The notes beneath the pieces are model-generated. The model worked only from the letters and a program-made list of their open reading frames with translations. It searched no databases and was not told the origin of the DNA. Shown piece by piece: positions 11,101-24,700 of a stretch of DNA of 64,000 bases (position 1 is its first letter; each line of letters begins with the position of its first letter). Made by a program: the position numbers and the translations under genes. The stretch spans positions 3,100,001 to 3,164,000 of the forward strand of contig NW_027270992.1 of NCBI RefSeq assembly GCF_040938485.1, written 5' to 3'. This stretch comes from Diadema antillarum. Lineage: Eukaryota.

Positions 11101-14100
11101 GTTTCGTAATACTACAATACAATACAAATTCTGCTGCGAAGATAGCAGGGGAAAAACGTGATGGTGGTGGATGTGCGTGCAAGTGCTAGAAAGTGCAGAA
11201 GGGCAGATATGCTGGAATGTAGAATAATCGAATTGGTTTGCTGAAAGAGGGAACGGTATGCGATGTTGCTATTTGGGAGACCAACATTAATCATATGAAT
11301 TATTTGTTTTTAATTTGTATTTGAAGTATACTGTAATAAAATGTGCTTCTTTAAGTTTGCTTTAAATGAAAACAAGGAGGCACACTGTTTCAACTCCTCA
11401 GGAAGAGTGTTCCATGTATCCGGACCGTGATGTCTAATCGATTTTTGAGCAAGTAAAAGCTTTGGATTACTTAAATGAAAATCATGGGAACGACGGGTTG
11501 GGTATGAATGAATATGGTCATTGCTTACTAAGGCATTATGAAAAATTGGTAATAAATTTCGAGTGTGTTTATACATGAATATAGCAGTTAGATATATATG
11601 TATGTCATGGGCTTTTAAAGTTTTTAGGCGATGAAATATAGGATCGGTGTGAGCCAAAAAATTTGAGTGTGTGCATATACGAAGAGCCTTTTTCTGAAGA
11701 ATAAAAATTGTATTTAATTTACTTTTGCTACAGTTGCCCCATACAATATTGCAATACATTACATATGGTAAAAATAAAGTGTTATATAACATTATCAAAA
11801 TTTGATCATTAATCAAATACTTTATTCTCCTTAAAACACCAGTTGTTTTAGATATTGCTGTAGTAATATTCTGCACATGAGTATTCCAAGTTAAATTGCT
11901 ATCTAGGGTCACTCCTAGGAACTTGGTTGAGTGTTTCTCAGCAATGTTTATACCATCAATATAAATACTTTTGGGAAGGGTGGGTTGGGATTGAAGAGTA
12001 TGAAAATGTATAAAACATGTTTATCAATATTCAATGAAAGCTTGTTACTTCTAAACCATTTCGAAATATTACCTAATTCCTATTACCTAATTACCTAAGT
12101 TGCATTGCCGGCGCCACGTTTTCAAAAGTGGGGGACCACTTCGGACTTCTGGTGCCACTTCAGGGTTTCATCAGCTAAAAAGCAAAAAGAAAAAATGGCG
12201 GGGGGGGGGGGGTCTTCAGCGCAACTTCTGTAGTTCTGTAGGGTGCCACTTCCGGGTTTCTTCAGCTAAAACCTTACCGCGCGCACACTTCAAGGTTTCT
12301 ACCTACAAGTATTTCTTTCTAGTGCCACTTCAAGGGTTAAAGAAAATAAATAAATAAATGGGGGCCCAAAGTGGTGACACCTTACGTATTCTTTGTGTGG
12401 TGCAAAAAAAAAAGGGGGGGCAAGCCCGTCCCCTCCCCCCCCCCCCCCCCCGTTCCGCCGGCCCTGAGTTGTGAGCAAAGTATTTTCATTCATATGGATG
12501 CCGAGAGCATCAGCCTTGTAAAAATTATATTCTCAAAGAACAAAATAATAAATGAGATAAGTATAATAATTATTTGATTTTTTTCCTGGCTTTGGCTGTT
12601 ATTCAGCACACGCAATCAAATGGTAGCATATCTCAAATAAAGTTTGTTTACATCAAAATTATTATTCGGCTTTGGAACACATGTCTTGTTGGGCATTGAT
12701 TGTGGAAGGAATGTTAGGAGGGCACGACCTCAACAGGTTCTTTCATGTTCTTGCAGAATATTAAATTATTTGATGATTTTAAAAGATCAAAAATCATAGT
12801 GTAATTTCCCTTCAGCGAACCATTTTTGTTTTTAGTCTAAATAACAAATATGTGTCAACTTATTACGTTTTCCCACCATGTAAATAGCACCACTCTATGC
12901 GCCGTCGGAACTAAATGTGAATGTCACTGGTACAGACAGTATCTTGGTATCATGGCAGGTGAGACATAGTGACTTATGTACTTCAAAATCTTGTGAATGT
13001 GACACAGTAGAACTGGGCTAGACATGCGAATGAACGCATGCTTACTGTTCATGTAATACTGCCGTGTGGGTATACTGTTGAATTTGTATTTGACTTGAAA
13101 TTTGGCAAAACGTACGCATGCTGTTAATTATTACGTAATTTATCACGCATTCAGGAGTGACTGTTATACAGCACAATACAATACAATCAGATCATTTCTA
13201 GCACCCTTGCACAGTCAATGACTGGTTTCACAGCACTTTACAACAAAATTCAGTCACAGATTGGCATAAATATGAACTGTTCCTTCGGATATTATTCTTA
13301 CAAACTGGAGTTCATTAATGCCATAGTTCGTAATGTCATAGTAATGGAGGTGACGTGGCTAAGTGGATAAAGACACTCGTCTCTGAATGACAAGAGCGTG
13401 GTATGGTTTGTGGGTTCGGGTCCATGCCAAGCCCGACACGTTTGCCCGTCAGTGTCAAAGGCACTCTGCAATCATTGCTTGGTTGTTTATTAGTAATGTC
13501 GTAAAGTGAATACAATTGCAAAGTCTTGTAAATTTCTTAGCAAAATGATGCTTGAGATAAAGTGTTCAAACAAGACTTTCATCACCTGGGAAGATATCAA
13601 GTCAATGCAATCATTGCAAGAGCAACAAATGTGACGGATAAATACCATAATATCCATGCTTGCGATAACTGTAGAAATGAAGCATGTCGTGTATCTTAAT
13701 CTGCGTACTATACATGAAAATAGTAAAGTCTTTTATCACGGAACATGATACTTTAAAAGTACATGTAGTATTAAGGGGATACAATATGATCCGGACAAGA
13801 CCCGAACCAAAGAATGTCGTACGAATGGACTCTCAGAATATCCTCTGAATCAAAATTACACAAGACTGTTCTCTACCTTCCCTTTTCACCTACTTGATCC
13901 CATAATTTCGGGATTATTCCTCGTTTACTCTTCTTAAACATTAAACTGCATAAATCTTTGTCTGGAAGTGATATATCAGAGGTTGAATGATAGACTGGAG
14001 TGAAAACATGATGAGGTGTTCTCTGCCGAAAGTCTTCTTTGCTCACTTTTAAAGGTGCCCGAGAACCCGACGTCAACGTGGCTGCAGTGCGAATCTGCTG

Positions 14101-17100
14101 CTTACTATAGCTACAACTTGACGTACAGGCCTAGCGAAAACCAAGCCGAGAATACAGTCATTGAGTTCGAAGGTGCCGATTCCATCACGCACCATGTCAC
14201 GGGCTTGAGTCCATGTACGGATTATATTTTCTCGGTGGTGATTGTCAACTCAAGAGACTTGCTCGGACCTGAGAGCCAAATGAGTGGAACAACCGATGCG
14301 ATACGTAAGTCATGAAATAGGTGTAGGCCGCAGAACTTTTTTTTTTTCGGATTGTACGTTTGTCAACCAACGTTCATTCACCTTGAGCACATTTCCTGCC
14401 GCAAAGAAAAACGTATACTTACATGGACAAATGACAATGGTATATAATTGAAGATGTGTGTTCATTTCGCCATTGCCAAGGACGTCAGCTACACGTGTAT
14501 ATTCGAACAATAGCATAATCTCCCTTTTCGTGTGTGTTTTGGTGTGCTTTTTTATATTAATGTAATTCAAATGTTACCAATAAATTATCATGGAAAAAAA
14601 TGAAGAGTTTGTTTGCAAAAACCGATAAGTCCATATTTGCCAAATGGAGATATTTGCGATTAAAGGTCAAGAAAAATAAAGAGAATAATAAGAAAATTTT
14701 TGTTTCTTTTGACCATAACTTCAAAAATGTGCCTTTATATGTAGTGACCAATATATCATTTAAAAGGTATTATTTTGTACTTTATGACAGAGACCTTTCT
14801 TCAAAATCTTCAAAAATGGACTTATCGGTTTTTGCGAACAAACTCTTCAAATAGTCATGTATGAAAAGTTATTACAGAGTGGTAAACATCACCGAATTCA
14901 ACTCATACTGTCATATCTAGGCCTAAAATATTTGTGTGTTTTCATTTAAAACACTTAGGAACTTCCTAAAGACCACAGAAGTAACATGAACGGTTTTTCA
15001 TTATTTGAGACAGATGATGAAGTGCATATCATCTTAATAATAATTTGTATTTATTCACCACCTGTACTAGATTTTGTAGTAAAGGAAAAGTAATAAATGC
15101 AGAATTTTTAGGTTAAATGAAATACATGGTCTACCCCTACCCAGCGCCTGATCCAGTGGACAACCTTTCAACTACCACGGAGTCGTATGATATAGTCGAC
15201 TTGTTCTGGACAGAACCAGCAAGAAAGTGCTTCCCAGTCTCTTACAAAGTCACACGCAATCTTCTGCTTCGGGACCAGTGCGACGACTCAAAATCGGACA
15301 ACCCGGAAGTCTCTACAACAAATGTCACGTCCTACACCTATGATGACCTGTACGCATACTCAACATACAACTTCACGGTCATTCCATATTATGAGGATTA
15401 TGAGGATCATAAATACCAGGCTATCAAGGCATCGTGGACAGTATTTAATTCCAGTGATTCAGGTAATCAACGAATGGTAAAAAGAACGTGGTCATTTGTG
15501 TTGTATTTTTGTAAATTAGGCTGTCGAAAAATCACACACAAGATATTATCCCTCTCGCTTGTATCCGTTTATATCAGACGGATGTGTTCTCTTTTGTCAT
15601 GTTTTGCTCTCGTGGAAGAAAAAAAAACCGATCTCTTTTAACATCTTGTCAATTCTAACATTTAAAGTATATCGAGTATACATGTATACAATAATTCAAG
15701 CATGCGAGAGAATTAGCTTTTAGTGTACCTCAGGGAGCGTAAGAAATGAGGTATAACGGGGTATTATTACTTTGAAATGAAAAAAAAAACCAAATATTTT
15801 ACAAGCAGTCATCATTTGCCAGTAAAGATGACTTGCAATTGAAACAAATGACACATGGGTGCTAGTGTCAGCGGTTGATCGAAAATCAAAAGAAGAGGAC
15901 TAACATCTGAGATGTCTGCTAATCAACGACAAACCTCTCTTATGTCTACTTTTCGGGTTAATAAATTACAAAATACCATACGCTCTGGTTTTGTCTTGTG
16001 GGTTTCAGAATTTACAGATGAATAATATGAAACAGTTAAAGAAAATGAGAAAGATCATGAAATTTGAGGTAAATGTATAACTTCATCTTCTAAATGGTCC
16101 CTACAAATTGAACAACGCTATAAAAGTATGACATGTTTCTTCTATTGTTTATCACGCTGTTAGTCCCTACAGAGAAACCTGGTAACCTCGCTGTAAACAA
16201 TGACACAAAACAAACGTTGACCTACGAGTGGATCATACCATCGTGTAAAACCAGGAATGGAGATGTTTTCTACATGTGCACCTTCATGAAGCTACAGAAC
16301 GATGATACATCTACTCCCCCGGAGGAAAACATCACAACCACTACGACTTTAACGTACCAATCTTTACCACATTACACATCCTATAACTTCACAGTCTGTG
16401 CATACACATCTGCTGGAGGGGGTCCATGTGACAGCATCCAAGCCAGAACCCTGCCAAGTGGTACGTATAAATTGTCCACAATTTATGTGCATCTTGTGTC
16501 TGGTATAATCTCAGAATGCACGCACAATCATGACGTCGAAAATACCAATTTATGGTTTGATGGAATATTTCGACTACATGCGTCTTTGCCGTAGCGCCCT
16601 ATTCAACTCAATTCAATTCAATTCAAATGATTTCATTTCCAAATAAAGTAATACAAAATAATAAACACTTACATGAGTCCATAACATCAGAAGGAAATTA
16701 CAATCACGTAATTTTCGACAAAAAAACAAACCATGAATACAATTATCATAATGATATCAACTCTGATTTGGATAAATAAACAAGTAAGCAATACAATCTT
16801 AGTTTATAACTTTACATGGAAAAGAAGAATTCACAAGAAAAGCAATAATGCCGAATAGAATTACCTTCAGGAAGAATATACTACACCCGTCAAAGTCACT
16901 TTCTTTTAACTATCATCACTATTTCCTTTTTTGATGTTGTTACTTCCCATTGCATAGGCCTATGTATTATAAACAACCCATGTTACACATTGCCGGGTCC
17001 TTGTTCCTCACACTGCAACAATAGCCTGAGCTAAAAATAAATTAATAAATAAATAAAAGATAAAAAATAAATTTAAAAAATGCATTCGTTCATAAAGAAA

Positions 17101-20100
17101 ATCCTTCAATGAATATATATTGCTTCGTCTGTTTGTTTGTTTTTTTATTCTCTACACACAGCTCCTACTATTCCACGAGATGTGGGGATTTTGTCTGACT
17201 CTGTAAATCAAACATCCGCAACCATAATGTGGCAAGAACCTGAGCTCATCAATGGGATTCTGATGAAATATACGATACAAGTGAACCCCGGAGAACCAGT
17301 GGAGATTGCAGATAACCTCCAAGAGAGCATGTCCTACCAGTTAGTCGACCTCAGTCCTGACACCAGCTATTCCTTCACGGTAACGTGCAAACTTCACTTG
17401 GGGCAAATTGAAATTAACTACTATTTTAACTTATATTATTTCGCTTCCCGAAACATGATCATGCTGTCGTTGCTTTATTTGGATGGTGCACCGCATTGTA
17501 CGTATTGTGTATCGGGTTTTTTTTATGTTGTTACGACCAACTGATTGCACGAATGAAAACAAAATTAATGTTCATGCGCTTTATTGAAAATGTTCTTGGT
17601 ACAAAAACTGATCTATAAGTACAATTAAGAACCCAATCAATGGATGATCACTTACACATCATTATGTTACAATTGTGGTAATGTAGTAATCGCAAATTCC
17701 CTGTAATCCCCTGGAAATCTCGATTGATGCACAGATGAATGATTCTCCATGCACACAGACTTTTAATGATCCATAGCACTCTGACGTAAATCAGTGCTCG
17801 AACTCGCAGATTAGTGTACAGCATGCACGATAATCAAAAGCGATACATGTTGAATCCAGACGCTGTAACAACAGTGTCCAGTCCAATGTACAGGTGATAA
17901 TCTAGCAAGAAATTATCGAAGTAGTTATCCAGCCTGTAACCACTTCGTTGTAGCAATATCCACATACAATAAAATGGAACCGGCCACGAATATAGGTGAA
18001 TCAACTTTCCACAAGCAATACACGTGTATGCCTCTTGGGCCTTTCTCCACAAAATATAGTAGGTCAGTAGGTTTTTCCCTTCACGTGCATGTACTGGGAG
18101 CTTTACAAGCAGAAACTTCTTTTCAATTCTGATGAATTCAATGTGTTTAATTATGACAATATCAGCCAAAAAAAAAAAGGATAAGAGAATATCATGTCCA
18201 GTGAATTAAATCAATTTTCGTAAAATTTCATTTCTTATCATTTATATGAGCATGGCAACATACTTCAGTCTGGAGACTGTTCTTCCGCAAGTCCGTGCGG
18301 ATAAATACAACGTGAATATACATTTATATGTATAATACAACATAAATAATCATTTATGCTCAAATAGATTTTAGATAATGAATAGTGATTCCATTTGACT
18401 GTCATATTGATTTCGAAGAATTACAGGAACATAAAACAGATGCGTAACAGTGAGGAGATCATAATTTATACCATATTTTATTTGTTGTGTTAAAGGTGAC
18501 AGCAGTAAGCAACGGAGGGGAAAGCGAACCAGGTGATGGAGAAGTGACGACATTGCCCATTCCAAGTACGTGATAGCAAGCTACACTCCATCTTCTTGTT
18601 CACCAGTATTCCACTAGGATATCACATACACGTTCTTTTTATTAGTGATATAACACAATCAAAATGCATGTTCTGAAATGGCGCAAAAAATACTAAATTN
18701 NNNNNNNNNNNNNNNNNNNNNNNNNNNNNNNNNNNNNNNNNNNNNNNNNNNNNNNNNNNNNNNNNNNNNNNNNNNNNNNNNNNNNNNNNNNNNNNNNNNN
18801 NNNNNNNNNNNNNNNNNNNNNNNNNNNNNNNNNNNNNNNNNNGCTACTTTTATCAGTCCGTGTCATTCACAAATTAGTAAGCTATGCAAAAGGTATTTTT
18901 TAAGAGAGTACCTCGTTTACATACATTCAAAAATGAGTTAGCTATGCAAAAGATTTGTTTTGTTTTTTTAAAGGGCGTCTCGTTTACGTACATCCGCATG
19001 GACATGATTTTGCACCACCTCAAATTATCCAGTTCGTAAGTGTACTCTGCAAGCATAGCATCAACTTTACATGCATATTCATTTTTTTTTAATGTCGCAT
19101 GTTTGTCAAACCTTCTGATTCCATATCTTATGTATTTTCAATGTATCTATGTTACCATGAAAATGCAATGGAAACGATTCTGCAATACGTGTTCTGTGTG
19201 ATGTTAGCCCTGTGTAATCATTGTGAGTTTTTGGGATGCACAAAACAAGATAACATTTGTACATGTTAAATCGGAAACCAATAGAGGCTTCTTATAAGAT
19301 GATAATGGCGTCACTTCTTCACATCACATCAGTACCTGGAGCACCCTCTCAGCCGGAAGCTTTCAACATCTCGCAGACTTACATTGTTGTTACGTGGACA
19401 GCTCCAAGTGAACCTGACCTCGGCATTTATGAGATCAGTGCCTACGAGTTGGAACTGTCGCCAGCAGATGAGGATCCGATAATAATCCAAATATCTGATG
19501 GGATCCAATATGAGATGACGTACAATATCACTGATGTGGTGGAAAGTACAGAATACACAATAAAGGTACCAATTCTATATCATTCTTTGCTTTTGATATC
19601 TGAGTCTTTGGTAACAAATCTGTCCTGGCCCTACATTATGTGAAAATTCAGATATCGTTGATCTATTTCAAATCATCATGATTATCATTCTGCGGTGAAA
19701 CGACTGATCTTTATAATAGGCATGGTGAGTGGAAGTGTCATGCTTTGATATACAGAATATTTATCGTGAGGATAAACAGTCAAAGTTGCCTTTAATAGTG
19801 TTGATCTGTCTATACTGCGGCCTCTTGTCTACGATTACTTAATATCCTCCGATAAAAACGATGTTAAAAACCATGTCAAAAGCGGTCAATTGTCTAAAAT
19901 TGTCACCTTTTTCTTTTCTGGTGTCCCTTTGGAGGTCGCTACGTCCAAATTTGACTGTACTTCAGGCAACGATTGCCGTCCTCTCTTCTTGTGCTGTCCA
20001 TCACCACCGTTGTGGCAGGGAATGAAAAGTGGAAATGTTTGCTTTTAAATCTTAGAAAAGACGGTATGAAGGTTGTAGAACTGTTTTTCTCCTTACATTG

Positions 20101-21744
20101 ACCTAAATTCGACAATACCTGCGGGTCACACCTTGCCATTATACAGCATGTACACACGATGAGAATTGAGATTGGTTTGGCCACTTCCACTGGACATTGT
20201 TTTAAACTATATGTGAATGACTCAACAGGGTCGAATGTGCATGGTCTGTCACAAAATGGAGCTTTAGATTTTCGCGACGAGGATGTTTAGAGGAAAAATA
20301 ATGTTCTGCGCATGGGCCAAATCGCTTACCAAATTCGATCTACATTGTATGAGTATAATTAGCTCGCGTCGTCACCACGCGTTCTGGGCTACTTTTATGT
20401 CCTCTAAATTCACGACGTATCGCAGTTACTTAATATGGGGGCGTCACTGGTGCAATATAAAGCTACTTTTCAGCTCGAAGCAGGAAGAGAGAAGAACGTC
20501 CAACGCTTTAATCGTCGTCTCAAACGTCCGCGCCGCAAATCTAAAGCTCCCTATAGTAATTATTGACGATGAAGAGTGATGTGTTTTATCCTCCCCTAGG
20601 TTGCAGCTGTCAATGAAGGTGGAAGGGGACCCTGGTCAGACTCCACAACAGAAACCACAACGGCAAAATCCAAGTCTACAAATAAAGGTGGGCATATTCA
20701 CTAGGTTCTCTTTCAGTTAGCTAATGGGAAGCATCAAATCAAGAGCAGCCATCCATGGGGAAGATAATTAACTACACAACAGCTCGTCCTGCTTGCTTAC
20801 AGCTACAGGGAGGATGCATCGTGTAAACAGAATGTGCCACCATCGAAGACTTCAAACGCTAGAGTGTGCCGGTATTTGCTATCACGCTTGCGCCCTTGTG
20901 CAAGACTCTACATCAGCAACTCGTATTTTTCTCGCAGGGCAACTATAACTCAAAGTATAAGAGCTCTGGCTACCAGGAGAAGTCTACTCTAATGAATTCT
21001 TAGGAGTATTGAGCGTACGATGTGTTGATGAATATGTTACATTCAGCTGTCTGTACTTAAGCTTATTAAAATGAAACAAACGAAATCAACCTTGGTTAAC
21101 TTGTAAAACAAGGGAACCATCCAAGACCTCCGTTCCTTGAGTCATTATACCCTGATCACAATTCCATCAACGTTTACAAACGTCTACCCGTTAACGTTAC
21201 CTTTGTTGTTGCATTCAGCATGTATGCCCCTAGAAGATGGCGACCTAGCCGGAAATGAGAGAAAGAAAGAAAACGCATACAGAGACATACAGCAACTGCT
21301 AACCAAATTTTGAAGACAACATGTTTCGCCTGTGCTGGTCAATAGTCATCGCACTCTAGTTTGACACATGAATTGGGAAGATGAAAAATGGATAAAAATT
21401 CATTTTAAAAAGAATATGAGCTATTGACCTCTGAAATGCACATCGAGCATATGATGCTACCTTTGATTACACTATTGATAATTATACAATACATTCATGT
21501 CCATATAACCACGCGCAATAGTTTAAAACTATATGATTGTCTTCATGTCCATGTTATTCTGAAAGGTTTGGCCGCTGGGCTTGGAGTTGGTATCCCAGTA
21601 CTCTTGATAGTTCTGGTCTCTGGCATTCTGTTCTATCGAAAACGACGGTGAGTGTATAATTAAACGAAAACGTAAGAAAGTGTACACTTTGTCGGAACAT
21701 GAAGCCATCGAACTAACGTCATAAACCCTTGACATGCTCTCTCC

Positions 21745-21792
<48 letters not shown>

Positions 21793-24700
21793 GTCTCTCT
21801 CTCTCTAGTAAGTACGACTACTATTCAATACGAATATCAAGCAGCATCACCGATAGCCTAGCTATAACAAACTGGGCATCGAGGCTTTTCCTTGGTCTAA
21901 TTCTATTCTCTTCAGCAGTCTAAGCTTTCCACTGATATTCAGGTATTCCATTGTAATTTCCCAAATACCTAACAGTGCAACACCAGAGAAACCGAGTTCA
22001 AAAAAGGCGTTGCAGTTCAAATACAATAAAGCATAAGGTAATTTAGGTGATATCGAACCATACTAGTATCATTTTATCCTATATATTCATACATGCGTTA
22101 TAAAACGGATGGGAAACAGGAGGCAGGAGAAAATTAGGACACAAGACTTTAGATTTTCGTCAAAATTTATAATTCCTTCGTTGACAGCAGCTGTTGTCGC
22201 GACATTGATGCTTGTTTCTTTGTTAACGTAATGCATTGACAGGTCACAATATTGCCAACACAAGAGTCTCCTAGAATGAATAAATATGTCCTCATGGTAA
22301 TTGTTTTGTTTCAATTGGTAACATTAATTCGTAACAAAGTGAGACGATTGTAATCTTGCGTTCGACAGAAAAAAAAGAACTCCTATTTCTTCTCAGTTTT
22401 CTCACCTTTATATCAGCTCGGACTACTGTGACATCCCATGGGAATAAGTTTCCTGATTCCCTGTCTGTGGCCGAAGTGCACGCTTGTATATTCCAAATAA
22501 CTCTTGCTACAGTCACTTGACAGTAACATCGACCTTCCTAATTGTGCGCCTCAAAATTAAAAGTATAGAAGTATAGAAATTGCGATGAATAAGAGTTATT
22601 CCCTGCGCAATTATATCGCTAGTTCTAATTAACCACGCTTTTGTTTGGGGTTTTTGGGGTTTTTGTTTCGTTGGTTGGTTTTGGTTTTTTCTTTTTCTTT
22701 CTGTTTTGTTTTGTAAGCGCAGTCATATTCTCTGTATGAATTCAAAATAAACTGGGAAGTTGTTTACATTCAATTTGAAGTATTAATTATTGGCATACGT
22801 TAAATGCTAGAAGTTTCTTTAATAAACTGATTCATTCACTTTGATCGTTTTCGTGTTTCTGCTATTCACAGGTCCCCTCCCATACCGCTACCGAAAGCTG
22901 GCATGACAAACCCTATACCTGTAAATGACAATTGTAAGTGATTAGGAAGATTGATATATACTCCTTAACAACAACTTGAAAGTTAACATGTTACGTAGGG
23001 ACTGATATTCCTGCAACAAAATGTAGTCATCTCTTTAATGAAAGGGATTGTATAGTTTTGGTTGAGACGTAACTTCACGTTTCTAACATTTTGGGTGAGA
23101 TAATGAGAAACCTCTTATGAAATATGAAAGAGCGTGTAATTCCAAGAGGAATTCGATATCTATCTGATGAAAATTGGTTTTGAAATGACTGAGATACTAA
23201 AAACAGAGCAATCTTAATAAATGGTGGGACCCATCTTTTATCAAGCTTACTTTGTTTTAGTTTTTTTTTGTATGTCTCAGCCATTCCAAAATCGATTTTC
23301 ATCAAATAAACTCTGAATTCCATTTAGAATGGTGTGCTCTGTACTATGTTTCATCAGTGCTTTTTTGGTATATCGCAAAAAGTTAAAACCCTAATCCTCA
23401 TCTCCATCAAAACATCCCTTCAATCGATTGTCAGAGATTAAAATCATTAAGTTACCGTCATATGAATACATTGTAGATAAAACTGGATGATGGTGGATGC
23501 ATTTCGTTTATACTCCGGCATTGGTCTATGGGAAATGCGTGTTGTAGCAAAATCAGCCCGTCCTCAACGGGTTAAGGTTTTGAATAGATTAAAAGGTCAT
23601 AAACAGTACAATATCATATAGTTTATGAAAGCATGCGATTACATAATTATTTCCAATATTAGCTCTGCACAAATCAATGATATACATTGTACTTCCACAC
23701 GGAAGCCCATTCAACATTGTTCTCGACAGCAGCTGCGTATAATCCTGTATCATACTTCCAAGGTATAGTTTTCTATGATTTTCAACATGAAATATAGGCC
23801 CTATATGATTACATCAGTCATGTATGCTGCCGATTTCATGTTATTTAAGTCAGCATTATGTATTTGGATATCAACGATAAAGTTTAATAAAGCGTCTGCT
23901 AAATTATGTCTACCTTCCAATATGTATATTAGTATGAATAATTATATACGTATATATATGTGTGTGTGTGTGACCGTGCATCACAAAACGAACATAAAGT
24001 CGCACCCGTTGATTTTACGTGAGGAGTCAAAAAAGGTGAAATGGGTCAACCAAGTCAACCTTGAGTTTTTCATATTTTCTGAAAGAGCTATCCCTCTACA
24101 CTAATCTTGAGTTTTTCATATTTTCTGAAAGAGCTATCCCTCTACACTAATCTTTACTTTGGGATCATAACATGAATGTGAAAGTGTGTTTTCAGCAGTT
24201 TTTCTACAACCCATTTTTGGGGGAGAATAGAATGATCAGGTGTGTCTTAGAATCCCCTTTTCATTTCTTGAAATCCTCCACACACTCTTCACTTTCAAGT
24301 CTAAAAAGTTTTGAAAGGATAACTCTACTGCTTTGAAATTTGGCATTAACCGTGGACAGATTGTGTTAGTAGAACATTTCAAATTTCAGCTTAATTTGAT
24401 AATCCCTTCACTGTTGTTGCTCCGGTGGTTTATAACGTGTGTTTTGTTCCTTTCAATGCACAGCTAGCGCAGCTTGGTAAAGATTAAGCACTTGAATAGA
24501 CCCTGTTCTTCCGAGCCTCTTTTGTCATTTCAAACTTTTCCAGAGTGTGTGCTTTCTTTCTAGTATTTAGATTATGCATGTAGGTTGAATTGAGTTATAC
24601 ATCATTTTAAATCATTTTAAAGCTTAGAGTCTGCTCTTTAAGGATCTGCCCTCGACTAAAAATCCATATCTGGCGACTTTTTGTTGTTTTGTGATGCAAG

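Noticed and set aside
17834-18169. 111-aa minus-strand ORF in an RPTP intron
   Set aside because: No recognisable motif in any frame and no splice context; treated as chance or unidentifiable decay.
21957-22040. Possible alternative exon after the TM exon giving a truncated, phosphatase-less isoform ([11 protein letters not shown])
   Set aside because: The acceptor is plausible but there is no conservation or expression evidence; AG..stop segments are common in introns.
24060-24151. Possible CRISPR-like repeat
   Set aside because: Two abutting units with no spacers, no cas genes, eukaryotic context.
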